A DNA stretch of 64,000 bases. Source: Octopus sinensis. Taxonomy: Eukaryota. Below are positions 46,830-59,643 of the stretch, piece after piece. Position 1 is the stretch's first letter. Every line of letters starts with the position of its first letter. The notes beneath the pieces were generated by a model that was not told where the DNA came from, searched no databases, and saw only the letters and a list, made by a program, of their open reading frames with translations. A program made the position numbers and the translations under genes. The stretch is from positions 1,054,001-1,118,000 of the forward strand of contig NC_043012.1 in NCBI RefSeq assembly GCF_006345805.1, given 5' to 3'.

Positions 46830-49800
46830 CCAACAAGCCACCTGGTCACCTACCGATCGGGCCGGCATACTAGCCAAATCGACTACATCCTTGCCAGAAA
46901 AAGGGAAAGATGGCTGCTTAAAAATGCCAAAACCTTCCCAGGCGAAGAATGCACCCCACAACATAGACTGGTAGTTAGTGACTTTAGGACCAGGAATAAG
47001 AGGGCGACTAGAAGACGACCAACATGGAGAAGAAGGGTCTGGAAGCTTAAAGCCCCTGCGAATGGACAGAGATTTAGAGATATGTTACTTGAAGCCTTTG
47101 ACGAAGTGGAAGGGGGTATAGCTACACATGGGGTAGAAGACAACTGGACGTTTCTGAGGGACAACCTGCTGAAAGCCGCTGACCAGATCTGTGGCTGGTG
47201 CAAAGTCCCCTTAAGACCCAAAATAACGTGGTGGTGGACAATATTGTTGACAGGGCTATAGACAAAGAAACAGGCTGGAAGGCCTGGAAGAACGGTGGTA
47301 GCAGGGAAGGGTATCAGACGCCAGAAGGAAGCTAGGAGACAGGTCTATCTAGCCAGAGGGGAAGCAGATAAGAGAAAATTTGCCAATGTCCTGCGCCGTG
47401 AGGATGAAAGACTTGAGGTATTTCGTGTTGCAAGACAGTGGTGAGAGAGAATCGTGATGTGGTAGGAGAGAAATGTGTTCGCATGGAGGATGGTTCACTT
47501 GCGCTAAATGAGGATGCAAAGAGAGAAGCTTGGAGACGCCACTATGAAAGGTTACTGAATGAGGAAAATGAATGGGATAAGAGAGTCTGCCGAATGTTGA
47601 CCCTACAGAGGGACCAGCTATCCGAGTTGATAGTTCCGTGGTAGCTAAGGCAATTAGAAGCATGAAGACAGGAAAGCCCCAGGCCCATCAGGAATTACTG
47701 CAGAGATGCTCAAAATATTGGCAGTGTCGGCTATAACCTAGTCACCCGTATAGTCAACCAGGTGATACACGAAGGAGTCATACCCAATGACTGGTGCAGC
47801 AGCATACTAGTCAACTGCTACAAAGGAAGGTGATGCCCTAGATACAAATAATTACAGAGGTATCAAGCTGTTGGATCAAGTAATGAAGGTTACGGAGAGG
47901 GTCATAGCCCAACTAATTAGAGAGAGAGTTAGTTTAGATGAGATGCAGTTTGGGTTCGTGCCAGGGAAAAGTACCACTGATGCTATATTCCTGGTAAGGC
48001 AGCTGCAGGAGAAATACCTAGCCAAAGATAAGCCCCTGTACCTGGCTTTCGTTGACATGGAGAAAGCTTTGATAGGGTCCCCCGATCCCTTATCTGGTGG
48101 TCAATGAGGAAACTAGGGATAGATGAATGGCTGGTGAGGACTGTGCAAGCCATGTACAGAGATGCCGTAAGTAAGGTTAGGGTTGGCAACATGTACACAG
48201 AAGAATTCAAAGTAGAGGTTGGGGTCCACCAGGGTTCAGTACTCAGCCCCTCCTATTTATCATAGTACTCCAGGCAATTACGGAGGAATTCAAGACAGGC
48301 TGTCCCTGGGAGCTCCTCTACGCTGACGACCTTGCTCTTATTGCTGAGTCACTATCAGAACTGGAGGAGAAGTTCCAGGTGTGGAAGGAGGGTTTAGAAT
48401 CAAGGGGCCTTAGAGTCAACCTAGTAAAACCAAAGTACTAATAAGTAGAAAGGTAGACAATCCACAAATATCTTCAGGAAGATGGCCCTGCTCATCTGTA
48501 GAAAAGGTGTAGGTAGAAACTCTATAAGATGTACCCAGTGTAAGCTATGGACACATAAGAGGTGCAGCAATGTCAAAGGTAGGCTAACTGGGAAGATAGT
48601 TTTTGTATGTGGCAGATGCTCGGGAGCATTAACCTCCGAAAATCTGCAGAAAACAACTTCCGTCACTTTCCAGGGGGAAAAACTAGAAGTAGTTGATAGC
48701 TTCATTATCTAGGTGACCAAGTCAGTAGTGGGGGTGGGTGCGCTGAAAGTGTAACTGCTAGAATAAGAATAGCCTGGGCAAAGTTTAGGGAGCTCTTACC
48801 TCTGCTGGTGACTAAAGGCCTCTCGCTCAGAGTAAAAGGCAGACTGTATGATGCGTGTGTACGAACAGCCATGCTACATGGCAGCGAAACATGGGCGTGA
48901 CTGCTGAGGACATGCGTAAGCTCGTGAGGAATGAAGCCAGTATGCTCCGATGGATGTGTAATGTCAGTGTACATACTCGACAGAGCGTTAGCACCTTGAG
49001 AGAAATGTTGTACCTAAGAAGCATCAGTTGTGGTGTGCAAGAGAGACGATTGCGCTGGTATGGTCATGTGGCGAGAATGGATGAAGATAGGTGTGTGAGA
49101 AAGTGCCAATCCCTAGCAGTTGAGGGAACCCGTGGAAGAGGTAGACCCAGGAAAACCTGGGACGAGGTGGTGAAGCACGACCTTCGAACTTTAGGCCTCA
49201 CTGAGGAAATGACCAGGACCGAGACCTTGGAAATATTCTGTACGTGAGAAGACCAGGCAGGACAAGTGAGCCCAGCCCACTTATGAATGCCTTTCCTCCC
49301 TTGGACACAAAGACCGGTTGAGGCAAGCGAAGTCGTATAGAACCTCATCCGACGACAGACACCCATGCCAACCCCCCATGCTGCGAAGACATGTTGGGGC
49401 AAGCGAAATCGAATCGAAATCGAAACCGAATGAACCAGCCAGGATCCCTGGCCTGGTGGTACGTAAAAAGCACTATCCGACTCGTGGCCGTGGCACGTAA
49501 AATACTCCAATGCGACCGTACGACAGGCACCCATGCCAACCCCTTTGCTTGTGAAGACATGTTGGGGCAAGCGAAATCGAAATCGAATTGAACCAGCCAG
49601 GATCCCTGGTCTGGTGGTACGTAAAAAGCACTATCCGACTCGTGGCCGTGGCACGTAAAATACTCCAATGCGACCGTACGACAGGCACCCTTGCCAAACC
49701 CCTTTGCTTGTGAAGACATGTTGGGGCCAAGCGAAATCGAAATCGAATTGAACCAGCCAGGATCCTGGTCTGGTGTACGTAAAAAGCACTATCCGACTCG

Positions 49801-50240
49801 TGGCCGTGGCACGTAAAATACTCCAATGCGACCGTACGACAGGCACCCTTGCAACCCCCTTTGCTTGTGAAGACATGTTGGGGCAAGCGAAATCGAAATC
49901 GAATTGAACCAGCCAGGATCCCTGGTCTGGTGGTACGTAAAAAGCACTATCCGAACGTGGCCGATGCCAGCACCGCCTCACTGGCTTCCGTGCCGGTGGC
50001 ACATAAAATACACCAATCTGACCGTGGCCGTTGCCAGCCCCGCTGGCACCTGTGCAGGTGGCACGTAAAAAGCACCCACTACACTCACGGAGTGGTTGGC
50101 GTTAGGAAGGGCATCCAGCTGTAGAAACATTGCCAAATTAGACTGGAGCCTGGTGCAGCCTTCTGGCTTCCAGAACCCCGGTCGAACCGTCAACCCATGC
50201 TAGCATGGAGAACGGACGTTAAACGACGATGATGATGATG
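46830..50240 (+). mobile_element. 5'-truncated RTE-clade LINE (APE C-terminus, RT, Cys-rich motif, 3' UTR with tandem modules, (GAT)n tail), frameshifted
   Basis: IDYIL..., QFGFVPGKSTTDAIF, FVDMEKAFD, GVHQGSVLSP, LLYADDL, RWYGHVARM, RGRGRPRKTW; tail CCAACCCATGCTAGCATGG...GATGATGAT. Confidence 0.93.
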
Positions 50241-50243
50241 ATG

Positions 50244-50274
<31 letters not shown>

Positions 50275-50323
50275 CATATATATACATATATATATTATAT
50301 ATATGCATATATATATGTATATA

Positions 50324-50354
<31 letters not shown>

Positions 50355-50804
50355 GTGTATATATATATATGATTATATGTATATTAATATAATATATATA
50401 TAATATATATATATATATATGTATGTATATATATATATATATATATTGGGTGCTAACAATGAGGGCAATGGTGACGACAATGATGACGGTGGTAGTGGTG
50501 GTGGTGGTGGGGATGTCGATGGTTGTGGGTGTTGATGGTGGGGATGATGACAATGATGACAACCAGCCATGACCTCACCATGGCAGTATTGTTTTTGAGC
50601 ATAACTTAAAATATCTTTTCACCCGGAAGCAAAATTATTTATCCTTCACAGTAGAAGCAAAATGCTTCCTAAGGCTCTAAAACTTCATGAAATTATTACA
50701 AAAAGAATAAGGAAAACCCACCAGTTTAAGATTTAACCTCTTAATATACACATTTATTTTCAATTTCCATGTATTTTTTATTTTATTTTTTTCAAATTTC
50801 CATG

Positions 50805-51215
50805 TAGGCGCAGGAGTGGCTGTGTGGTAAGTAGCTTGCTTACCAACCACATGGTTCCGGGTTCAGTCCCATTGCGTGGCACCTTGGGCAAGTGTCTTCT
50901 GCTATAGCCTCGGGCCGACCAATGCCTAGTGAGTGGATTTGGTAGACGGAAACTGAAAGAAGCCCATCGTATCTATGTTTATATATGAATGTGTGCGTGT
51001 ATGTTTGTGTGTCTGTGTTTGTCCCCCTAGCATTGCTTGACAACCGATGCTGGTGTGTTTATATCCCCGTCACTTAGCGGTTCGGCAAAAGAGACTGATA
51101 GAATAACTACTGGGCTTACAAAGAATAAGTCCCGGGGTCGAGTTGCTCGACTAAAGGCGGTGCTCCAGCATGGCCGCAGTCAAATGACTGAAACAAGTAA
51201 AAGAGTAAAGAGAGT
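50805..51215 (+). mobile_element. SINE-A, young
   Basis: Close to consensus. Confidence 0.9.
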
Positions 51216-51717
51216 ATATGTTTTTTATTATTTATTTTGTTTCTGTATATAACGAAGAATAAGTGCATAGATTATTTTGGATCAGTTATGACTTATTATG
51301 AAATGATAATTAATGATAGTTAATGATAGAAAATGAGAATAACATTATGAATGAATTAGTTCAAGTTAGACATAAGTGACAGATACCTCAGAGTACAGTG
51401 AATGAATATTTTTGTTCAAATATATATTTACTAGACATATCTGAACAAAAATATGTTAAGAGGTTAACACTCAAACAGTGACTTAATTTAGGATGCTCTA
51501 ATTGCATAGTAAAGATAATGTTTTATAATTCATTACTTAATTAACACCTTATAATCTCTTAATTAGTGCTGTTAAGCAAAATTGCATAAATACATATCAA
51601 TTTGTAATATTACAGACGTTTAATTTTTTCTCAGCATAGATGCAGCCAGTGGGAACCCTAATTAAAATATTAATTAACATCTTCCGATATAATACATTAT
51701 TTGTAATATTACAAATA

Positions 51718-52132
51718 CTCTTTTACTCTTTTACTTGTTTCAGTCATTTGACTGCGGTCATGCTGGAGCACCGCCTTTAATCAAGCAACTCGACCCCGGG
51801 ACTTATTCTTTTGTAAGCCCAGTACTTATTCTATCGGTCTCTTTTGCCGAACCGCTAAGTAACGGGGACGTAAACACACCAGCATCGGTTGTCAAGCAAT
51901 GCTAGGAGGACAAACACAGACACACAAACACACACACGCATACATATATATATATATACATATATATACGACGGGCTTCTTTCAGTTTCCGTCTACCAAA
52001 TCCACTCACAAGGCATTGGTCGGCCCGGGGTTATAGCAGAAGACACTTGCCCAAGATGCCACGAAAGGGGACTGAACCCGGAACCATGTGGTTGGTTAGC
52101 AAGCTACTTACCACACAGCCACTCCTGCGCCT
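51718..52132 (-). mobile_element. SINE-A, young
   Basis: Reverse-complement match. Confidence 0.9.
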
Positions 52133-52283
52133 ATATGTGTAACTTTTTTTTCAGCATAGATACAGGCATTGTAAAACTAATACCTGTTTTACAGAGTTGT
52201 ATTCAGTTCTATTTCTTTCATTATGTTTGATTCACCAAATAACATCCTCTGATATAATACATTATACTTTGCCAAAATTTCAG

Positions 52284-52403
52284 ACAAAGAAAAAATATTT
52301 CCCTGTCACATTTATTGGCAGCATCGTGTGGATTGCTGCATTCTCTTATTTAATGGTGTGGTGGGCCGATAGTTCCGGCAGTGCCACATATATTGAAGAC
52401 ACG
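52284..52403 (+). CDS. SLC24A2-like: NCKX exon: TKKKYFPVTFIGSIVWIAAFSYLMVWWADSSGSATYIEDT
   Basis: TTTCAG acceptor, ACG|GTAAGT donor, 120 nt; FPVTFIGSIVWIAAFSYLMVWWA is a near-invariant NCKX segment. Confidence 0.96.
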
Positions 52404-52482
52404 GTAAGTTTATCATTTATACACCATACTTCATTTAAACTTCTCTATTTCTCTTGTATTTATATGTGCTGCGTACCATATA

Positions 52483-52986
52483 TCTTTATATATAAAAGTG
52501 AAGTTGTGTGAGTGTCTGTCTCCTACGATTTAGATTCCTAACTACTCCCACATTTTGTGGTGCAGTTTAACCAAAACCGGGTATCTTATAGTCGTGATTC
52601 ATATCAAGCCCTTCTGGGTATTAGCGCGCGTCTACGATGAGTCTACGATTTTAAAAAATATTTACCATCATTTTTTTCCATTTTAATGCAATTTTTTCGC
52701 TATTATATAAGGGAAGTAACTCTCTAAAAATGTCTACGATGATTCAACGATTTAAAAAAAAATTTACCATAATTTTTTCCATTTTAATGCATTTTTTTCC
52801 TATTATATAAGGGAAGTAACTCTCTAAAAATGTCTACGATGAGTCAACGATTTAAAAAAAAATTTACCAGCAGTTTTTTTTCCATTTTTAATGCATTTTT
52901 TTGCTATTTTTGGGCTATAACTCTCTAAAAATGCTTATATAGTTATTTCCCTTACAAACCCGAGCAACGCCGGGCGATACTGCTAG
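52483..52986 (+). mobile_element. Non-autonomous Helitron with internal ~90-bp tandem repeat (x3)
   Basis: A|TC 5' end, CCCG-AGCAACGC-CGGG hairpin then CTAG|T 3' end, no TSD. Confidence 0.8.
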
Positions 52987-53222
52987 TTTAGCATAAAATC
53001 AGAAAAGCATAAATTTCCTGCATAGTTCATACTTAAATTGTATTCCACCACTAGTTCATTAACACAAACACTATCAAATGAATAATTACATAAGTAGGAT
53101 ACATAATTACAATAAATCAATTTAAGGTAAAATGATTCCAAAATAGTGTTTTCCGAAATCACTAGTAACATTATGTTATGATAATCAGAAAACTGTTATC
53201 TATATATATATATCTATATCTA

Positions 53223-53290
<68 letters not shown>

Positions 53291-53300
53291 CATCTATTTA

Positions 53301-53371
<71 letters not shown>

Positions 53372-53474
53372 ATATAATATAAAAGTGTATAAAAATTTAT
53401 ACACGGAGAGAAGACCATGAGGTGGACTTCTTACCAGCTAAAGAGGGCAGTCAAAACCCAAACTACAAAAAGCA

Positions 53475-53536
53475 TTCTTATTTATGGCGCATTGATTGTA
53501 GGTGAGCAGGACACATAAATGTGCCATAAATAAGAA
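53475..53536. repeat. Short inverted repeat, 19-bp arms
   Basis: TTCTTATTTATGGCGCATT versus AATGTGCCATAAATAAGAA. Confidence 0.7.
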
Positions 53537-53542
53537 CGTATT

Positions 53543-53600
<58 letters not shown>

Positions 53601-54108
53601 CATGTGTGTATGTGTGTATCTTTGTAAGCGTTGCTGTGTGTCTGTTTCTCTTCAAATGATACCTATATTTCTCAACAAATCTTAAGTAAATTTCACAGTT
53701 AGATTCTAGTGCAAATAACAACAATATCATCATCATCATCATCATCCTTATAATCATCATATGTAAAATAAATTCCAGTTTGAGGATTTCCTTTGCAGTA
53801 AATCATGGATTGATCAAGAAAAGAAATACAAAAACAACTGAAGTTTGTAACAGAGTGGTAGTTGAGTAGAAGTGTTAGTGTGAGGCACAGAAATGTTGTC
53901 AGTCAGCTCAAAATCTGATGTTCTTTCTCCTTTGGTCTTTCATTAAGCTTTCTTTCTCTCTCTCTCTCTCTCTCTTGTTCTCTCTCGCTCATTCTCCTCT
54001 CTCTCCTTCTCCCACTCTCTCACTCTCTCATTCACATTTGCAAATTTCCTCACTCACTTTTCATTTGAAATATGTGAATGTTCTTTAAGTATTTGTAATT
54101 AAATGTGC

Positions 54109-54158
<50 letters not shown>

Positions 54159-54184
54159 TTATACATCTTTATAAATATGTATAT

Positions 54185-54590
54185 GACTGGCACCCGGCAG
54201 ATGCCAGGACCCCTGAACTGGTGGTACGTAAAAAGCACTATTCGAATCATGGCCGATGCCAGCGCCGCCTCAACTGGCTTCCGTGCCAGTGGCACGTAAA
54301 AGGCACCATCCGAATTGTGGCCGAAGCCAGTGCCGCCTCGACTGGCTTCCGTGCCGGTGGCACGTAAAATGCAACAATCCGACCGTGGCCGTTGCCAGCC
54401 TCGCCTGGCACGTAAAAAGCACCCACTACACTCACGGAGTGGTTGGCGTTAGGAAGGGCATCCAGCTGTAGAAACATTGCCAGATAAGACTGGAGCCTGG
54501 TGCAGCCTTCTGGCTTCCCAGATCCCCGGTCGAACCGTCCAACCCATGCTAGCATGGAGAATGGACGTTAAATGATGATGATGATGATGA
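54185..54590 (+). mobile_element. RTE 3'-end fragment (family E)
   Basis: Matches 49930-50240, including CTGGTGGTACGTAAAAAGCACTAT. Confidence 0.88.
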
Positions 54591-54977
54591 TGTATATGAA
54601 GACAACAATTAAAATGGTAATGATACAGACACAGCAAAAAAGCCATACGGCTGTAAGACAAGACAAAAATGGGTAACACAAAGGAGAGATGAAAAAGTGT
54701 CCTAAAAGACTAAAGTAGAGCGAAGAGCTCAGGAAATTGTGACCAGTTTGGTCGAAAGCAATGCGAAAACGAATGACACCACCTTAGGCTGTCAGGGATT
54801 ACGTGATAGTGGGAGGGGGGACACAGAGAAAGACAAACAGCAAGAGAAAGGAAATCAAGAGAAGTGAGGAGCTCAGATAAATATATGTGTGTGTGTGTGT
54901 GTGTGTTGTGTGTATTCAGTGTGCGATGGGTAAATTGTCACCATTTTATGATTCTAATTGTGCACATGCGTATTTTG

Positions 54978-55212
54978 TCGACTACACCTATTTCTTTACT
55001 ACCCACAAGGGGCTAAACACAGAGGGGACAAACAAGGACAGATAAATGGATTAAGTCGATTATATCGACCCCAGTGCGTAACTGGTACTTATTTTATCAA
55101 CCCCAAAAGGATGAAAGGTAAAGTCTTCCTCGACGGAATTTGAACTCAGAACGTAGCGGCAGACGAAATACCACAAAGCATTTCGGCCGGCGTGCTAACG
55201 ATTCTGCCATCT
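54978..55212 (-). mobile_element. SINE-B
   Basis: Reverse-complement match. Confidence 0.85.
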
Positions 55213-55229
55213 CGTCGTCATTTTGTCGA

Positions 55230-56000
55230 CTACACCGCATAGTAGGGACAGTTGGGAACCAACTGTGAGAAAACAGCACCATGGTGCAATTCACTCAGCT
55301 AGAAATTTGGAAACGACATGCTGTACTGCTTAGCATTCACGAAGGTGAAATTTACAAACATATCAGTGTTCGGGGTGTGAGTCTGAGGACATGTACCGAG
55401 AGTGATAAAAATGAAGCATTCAGTCAACATCATAGTGTTTAGAATGATCACTAGTGATTGCAAGATTATGCCTCAATTCATCTTCCCACACAGCCTCAGA
55501 TTCAACACAAAGGTCTATATAAAATACTTGGAGGAGGTAGTGCTGCCCTGATCAAGAGGGTGGCTGCCAGAGGACCCTATGTCTGGCAACAGAACTCTGC
55601 ACGATGCAACACGAGCAGCAGAACCCAGTTATGGCTGTCAGACAATATCTAGGACCGCATCACCCCTAACATCTGACCACCTAACTCCCCAGACTGTAAT
55701 CCCATTCATTATTATGTGCGGGGTGCAGTTGACCAACAAAACTCCTTATGACAACAAAGATGAACTGAAGTCAAGGATTATGGCAGCATTCACTAACATA
55801 GACAAGGAGACCATCCAGAAGAGTTGCAGGAGATTCTGAAGTCATCTGGAGGCCATGGTTCATGCCAAGAGCGAAATTTGCTCTTTAGTATTTCAAGATA
55901 GTTTTATGTAATTTTGGTAAATATATCTGTTAAAATGAGATGTCAGTGTTATTTTCATTTTTGCGTAAATTAGATGACAGTTTATTCACCACACTCTGTA
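55230..56000 (+). mobile_element. Tc1/mariner DD37D (maT-like) transposase remnant
   Basis: YVWQQ(D)SA...WLSDN...PPNSPDCNP..YYV.GAV; end TAGATGACAGTTTATTCACCACACTCTGTA also seen near 25574. Confidence 0.75.
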
Positions 56001-56030
56001 CACTCACGCGCACACACGCACGCACACACA

Positions 56031-56061
<31 letters not shown>

Positions 56062-56064
<3 letters not shown>

Positions 56065-56620
56065 GTATCAACATTATCATTTAACATCTGTTGTCCATGC
56101 TAGCATGGATAGGACAGTTTGATCAGGGCTGGCAAACTGATAGGCTGCACCAGACTCCAGTCTGATTTGGCATAGTTTCTATGGCTGGATGCCCTTCCTA
56201 ACACTAACTACTCTGAGTGTCTGCTAAGACTACGATTTCACTTGGCTTGATGGGTCTTCTATTCATGCATGGCATATTGTTGAAGGTCTTGGTAATTTAC
56301 CATTGCCTCCATGATGCCCAACCCTCAAAAGATGCTAGTTATGTGACACCAGCATCGGCCACATTGCCTTATATATATATATGTATATATATATATACTC
56401 ATATATATATATATCATCATCATTTTCCATGCTTTCATGGGTTGGATGGTTTAACTGAGAACTGGTAAACTGGGGAGCTGCAACAGGTTTCAATCTGATT
56501 TGACATGGTTTCTACATCTGGGTGCCCTTCCTAACACCAACCACTCCGATGTGTAGTGGGCACTTTTTACATGCCACCAGCACAGGTGCCAGTTGCGAAA
56601 TACTGGCATTGGCCATAACT
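56062..56620 (-). mobile_element. Two RTE 3'-end fragments (56062-56215, 56415-56620)
   Basis: Reverse-complement matches. Confidence 0.75.
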
Positions 56621-56880
56621 ACACTTGGTTTGACAGATCTTCATACATACATATATACATATATATATATATACATACACACATGTGCACACACACACAC
56701 ACACACATATATACATATATACATAAATACATATATACATACATACATACATACATATACACACAAATACCTACAATCATATAGAATCTGAATGAAGCCT
56801 GTTTTCTAAATAAAATTGTGTCGTACACGTATAACAAAACACATTTATACAGATTTATTTAATGTTCCCCTTTTTTTCAG

Positions 56881-57017
56881 GTTATGGGTTTAACAATTCT
56901 AGCAGCTGGAACCAGTATTCCAGATCTCATCACAAGTGTAATTGTAGCCAAAAAGGGATTTGGAGACATGGCAGTTTCCAGTTCTGTTGGAAGCAATATT
57001 TTTGACATTACTGTAGG
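56881..57017 (+). CDS. SLC24A2-like: NCKX alpha-2 repeat exon: [46 protein letters not shown]
   Basis: TTTTTTTCAG acceptor, GG|GTAAGT donor (phase 2); canonical alpha-2 repeat. Not in the ORF track; translated by hand. Confidence 0.98.
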
Positions 57018-57192
57018 GTAAGTGTTACAGAAATTCTCCTTTCTCATGTTTCAGTTTTATTTATCTGATATCTCTTATCATTTAGTAGTTCGAGGCACTG
57101 GACTGTGTCCATTCTAGGGAACTGTCTTGAAGAGTTTAGTCAACCACATCAATCTTAGTACTTATGTTTTTAAGCCTGGTGATTATCCTATA

Positions 57193-57342
57193 TGGTGGCG
57201 CATGGCTTAGTGGTTAGGGTGTTTAACTCACAATTGTAAGATTGTGGTTTTGATTCCTGGACCAAGAAACATGTTGTGTTATTGAGCACAAACAGTTCAC
57301 TTTATGTTGCTCCTGTCAATTCAGCTGTAGAAATGAGTACCA
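57193..57342 (+). mobile_element. SINE-D
   Basis: TGGCTTAGTGG A-box, GAAATGAGTAC end. Confidence 0.6.
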
Positions 57343-57679
57343 CTTGCGAAGATGCATCATTTAGTGGTTGGGGTGATGGACTGTTGTGGTAAGAGTCATT
57401 GACACCCCTGTAGGATTGGAAGAATGGACTAACCGAACTCTTATGGAATGTAGTGTATTGGTTGAGACTGAGAGGTCATAGGAATCATTGGGAGTTCGTG
57501 GAAGTCATTGAAATCATTGAGAGTTTGTATTTATTGGGGTATCGTGTTTAGTGGAGTAAAATGAAGTATGAAGTACTACAGAGCCAGTGGTAGCATCAGC
57601 CAGGCTGGTATCAAAAGGGTTAAAATCTTTCCCATAAGTTTGACATTGAAAACAGTTTTGACCAACGTTTTCATATTTA

Positions 57680-58080
57680 AAAAATGTAAAAATGATAATA
57701 ATGAAATTATTGTATATAGTACTCAGGTGCACTACAACTTGTCAAAAGTGTGTATAAAACATATGCAGTAATGTACAAATGTTTGGAAAGTGAACAGTGT
57801 ATGAGTCAGATACATGCTTGCATGTGTATGGAGGGGAGAAAATCAGGTGTAGTGTTGGCGAATCTCAGGAAGCATGGAAGTTTTGAAGGATGCAGTGCTC
57901 CGACAACTAACAACTGATGCCGGCAGTTTGCTCCATACTTCAGCAACTCTTAGCGTGAAAAAATGTGTCTGAAAGTCATGGAAGCTGTGCTGTTTTCTCA
58001 CTTTGTAAACATGTCCACGGGTGTTAGACAGCTGGATTTTGAAAAGGTGCTCAGAGTTATTGTTAGTAAGATGGTTAAGA
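57680..58080 (-). mobile_element. CR1/L2-type LINE 3' end remnant
   Basis: Minus-strand NTRGHVYKVRK...FFTLRVAEVWSKLPASVV...SFK. Confidence 0.7.
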
Positions 58081-58148
58081 ATTTTATGGGTATCTGTTAT
58101 GGTATTTGTTAAAAAGACTCACCATAATTCTCTCTTTTTATTTTGCAG

Positions 58149-58395
58149 TTTACCTTTTCCATGGCTCATGAAAAGTATTATCAGTCTTGAGCCAGTCACA
58201 GTCAGCAGCGCAGGCATGTTCTGTTCGATAGTTATGCTTTTTACCATGCTGATGTTGGTCATCATTTCCATCGTTGCGAGCAGATGGCGTTTGAATAAGT
58301 ATCTTGGAGTCGCAATGATTATGATGTATGGACTTTTTGTAACACTCAGTGTGCTGCTTGCCAAAGATTACATTAAATGTAAATTTATTGCATAA
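58149..58395 (+). CDS. SLC24A2-like: NCKX terminal coding exon: LPFPWLMKSIISLEPVTVSSAGMFCSIVMLF...AKDYIKCKFIA*
   Basis: TTTTGCAG acceptor, phase 2 completes Gly; GLP.PWL and WR.NK.LG motifs; TAA at 58393-58395. Confidence 0.96.
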
Positions 58396-59009
58396 AAAAA
58401 TGTTTATACATGTTGTGGTTATGTGCATTCATACATACATATGTGTCACACAGATATTGCAAGTGAGAGCATGTGTGCATTCATATGCATATATACATAT
58501 TTGTGGATGTATGTGTACATATACATTCATATATATATATTATATATATATACACTCATACATATGCATACATATATATAAATATTTATATACACATACA
58601 TATATATACACACATATATATATATTCACACACACATGCATATATACATATATATATATATTTATATATATGTATATATGTGTGTATAAATATATATATA
58701 CAAGCACATATATTTACACATATATATACACACACATGCATAAACATAAATACATAAAAGAATTTCTACAAACATATGTAATATACACACCATATATATA
58801 TATATAAACATATACACATATACAATCAGACACATATGCATACAAACTTATATATGTGCTCATAATTACAATATATAGACAAAAACACACATATATGTGT
58901 GTATGTGTATGTGTATGTGTGTATGTATTAATTCTGTGTATATACAATATATAGGGAGATAAATCTACATATATATATATATATATATAAACACATATGT
59001 AGATTTATC

Positions 59010-59052
<43 letters not shown>

Positions 59053-59383
59053 AAACATATATACAGATACATATATATATGTGAATATGTGTATATAAAT
59101 ACATATACAGTGTGCATATACATACATACAAACATATATATATATGTTTGTATGTATAAGCAGTAATTAATGTATGCCTAAGCACATATATATGTAAAAT
59201 TTTACATGCATATGTATGACAGTTTCATAAAATAGATTTAAAAGGTATGCTGCTAATCTGCATGCGCACAAAGCTACACATTTAAATACACTTTCGCATT
59301 TCACAATCATATGCCTGTATAAAATATAACACACACACACATACAAACAAAGGCACATACACATAATCACAAAACACAAGTAT

Positions 59384-59449
<66 letters not shown>

Positions 59450-59597
59450 GTATATATATATGTATATATATGTATAATATATATATAATATATATATACA
59501 TATATATATATATGTATATATATATCTAATATGTATGTATATATATGTATATATGTATATATATATATGTATATATATATACACATATATATATGTA

Positions 59598-59643
<46 letters not shown>

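Noticed and set aside
57595-57625. piggyBac-like end (...CAAAAGGG|TTAA)
   Set aside because: No partner terminus was found; too short to support.
52284-58395. Recoding A-to-I sites inferred from differences to the NCKX consensus
   Set aside because: No position showed an obvious single A>G change restoring a conserved residue; RNA data are needed.
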